A stretch of DNA of 64,000 nt from Sphaerodactylus townsendi (lineage: Eukaryota), in the NCBI RefSeq assembly GCF_021028975.2, contig NC_059429.1, forward strand, positions 138,446,001-138,510,000. The letters run 5' to 3'. The first letter of the stretch is position 1. Each line of letters starts with the position of its first letter. Positions 63,577-64,000 of the stretch are shown piece by piece. Under the pieces are notes generated by a model that worked only from the letters and a program-made list of their open reading frames with translations, was not told the DNA's origin and searched no databases. Made by a program: the position numbers and the translations under genes.

Positions 63577-64000
63577 TAAGTGGCCGGGCAGAGATCGGTG
63601 CACCTGGAGAAAATGGCCGCTTTGGGGTGTGGACTCTGTGGTGTTCCTCCCCAAACCCTGCACTCTCCAGGCACCACCTCCAAAACTGGAAGAGCCATCA
63701 GCGCCAGAGGGAACTGGTACCTGATACCCATCAGGACATGAGGTCAGCTGGCCAAAGAAAGGACAATTTTCTTCCCTATGCGTGAACTACAGTCATCAGG
63801 TGGCCATTTGTTGGCTATTTCACCACTCTGGGTGGCCTGACTGTCACTGACCAGAGGCCAGGCCTTTTCCATCAAGACTTCGGCTGTATGGAACAGGCTC
63901 TCGGGGGGGGGGCTCCCCTCTTTGGAGATGTTCAGGGATGCTGCAAGGCCTGCGTGTCGGCCAGAACACTTGAGAGGGGTTGAAAAGAAGACCCAAACAA

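Overview
Vertebrate genomic DNA, not prokaryotic. The SINE, CR1, hAT and Penelope repertoire points to a squamate, most likely a gecko. The window matches the human 20q13.12 gene order: DNTTIP1(+), UBE2C(+), TNNC2(-), SNX21(+), ACOT8(-) and the first coding exon of ZSWIM3(+); I resolved all of their exons by hand at GT-AG boundaries. The first ~12 kb, where the WFDC/Kunitz cluster lies in mammals, holds an unannotated-looking minus-strand multi-exon gene. It has a WFDC/Kunitz-type signal peptide (..LWAEL..), several phase-1 exons with furin-type sites, and a ~73-residue Asp/Glu tract, but no WAP or Kunitz domain inside the window; this is the most interesting candidate. Intergenic and intronic space is dense in tRNA-derived SINEs, CR1/L2/Rex1/L1 fragments, palindromic hAT MITEs and hammerhead-bearing Penelope-like fragments, plus two solo LTRs and an internally rearranged chromoviral Gypsy element nested in a SINE. 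Three N gaps and scattered 1-nt indels (including in DNTTIP1 exon 11 and TNNC2 exon 2) indicate patchy consensus quality, which limits the gene model for the novel locus.
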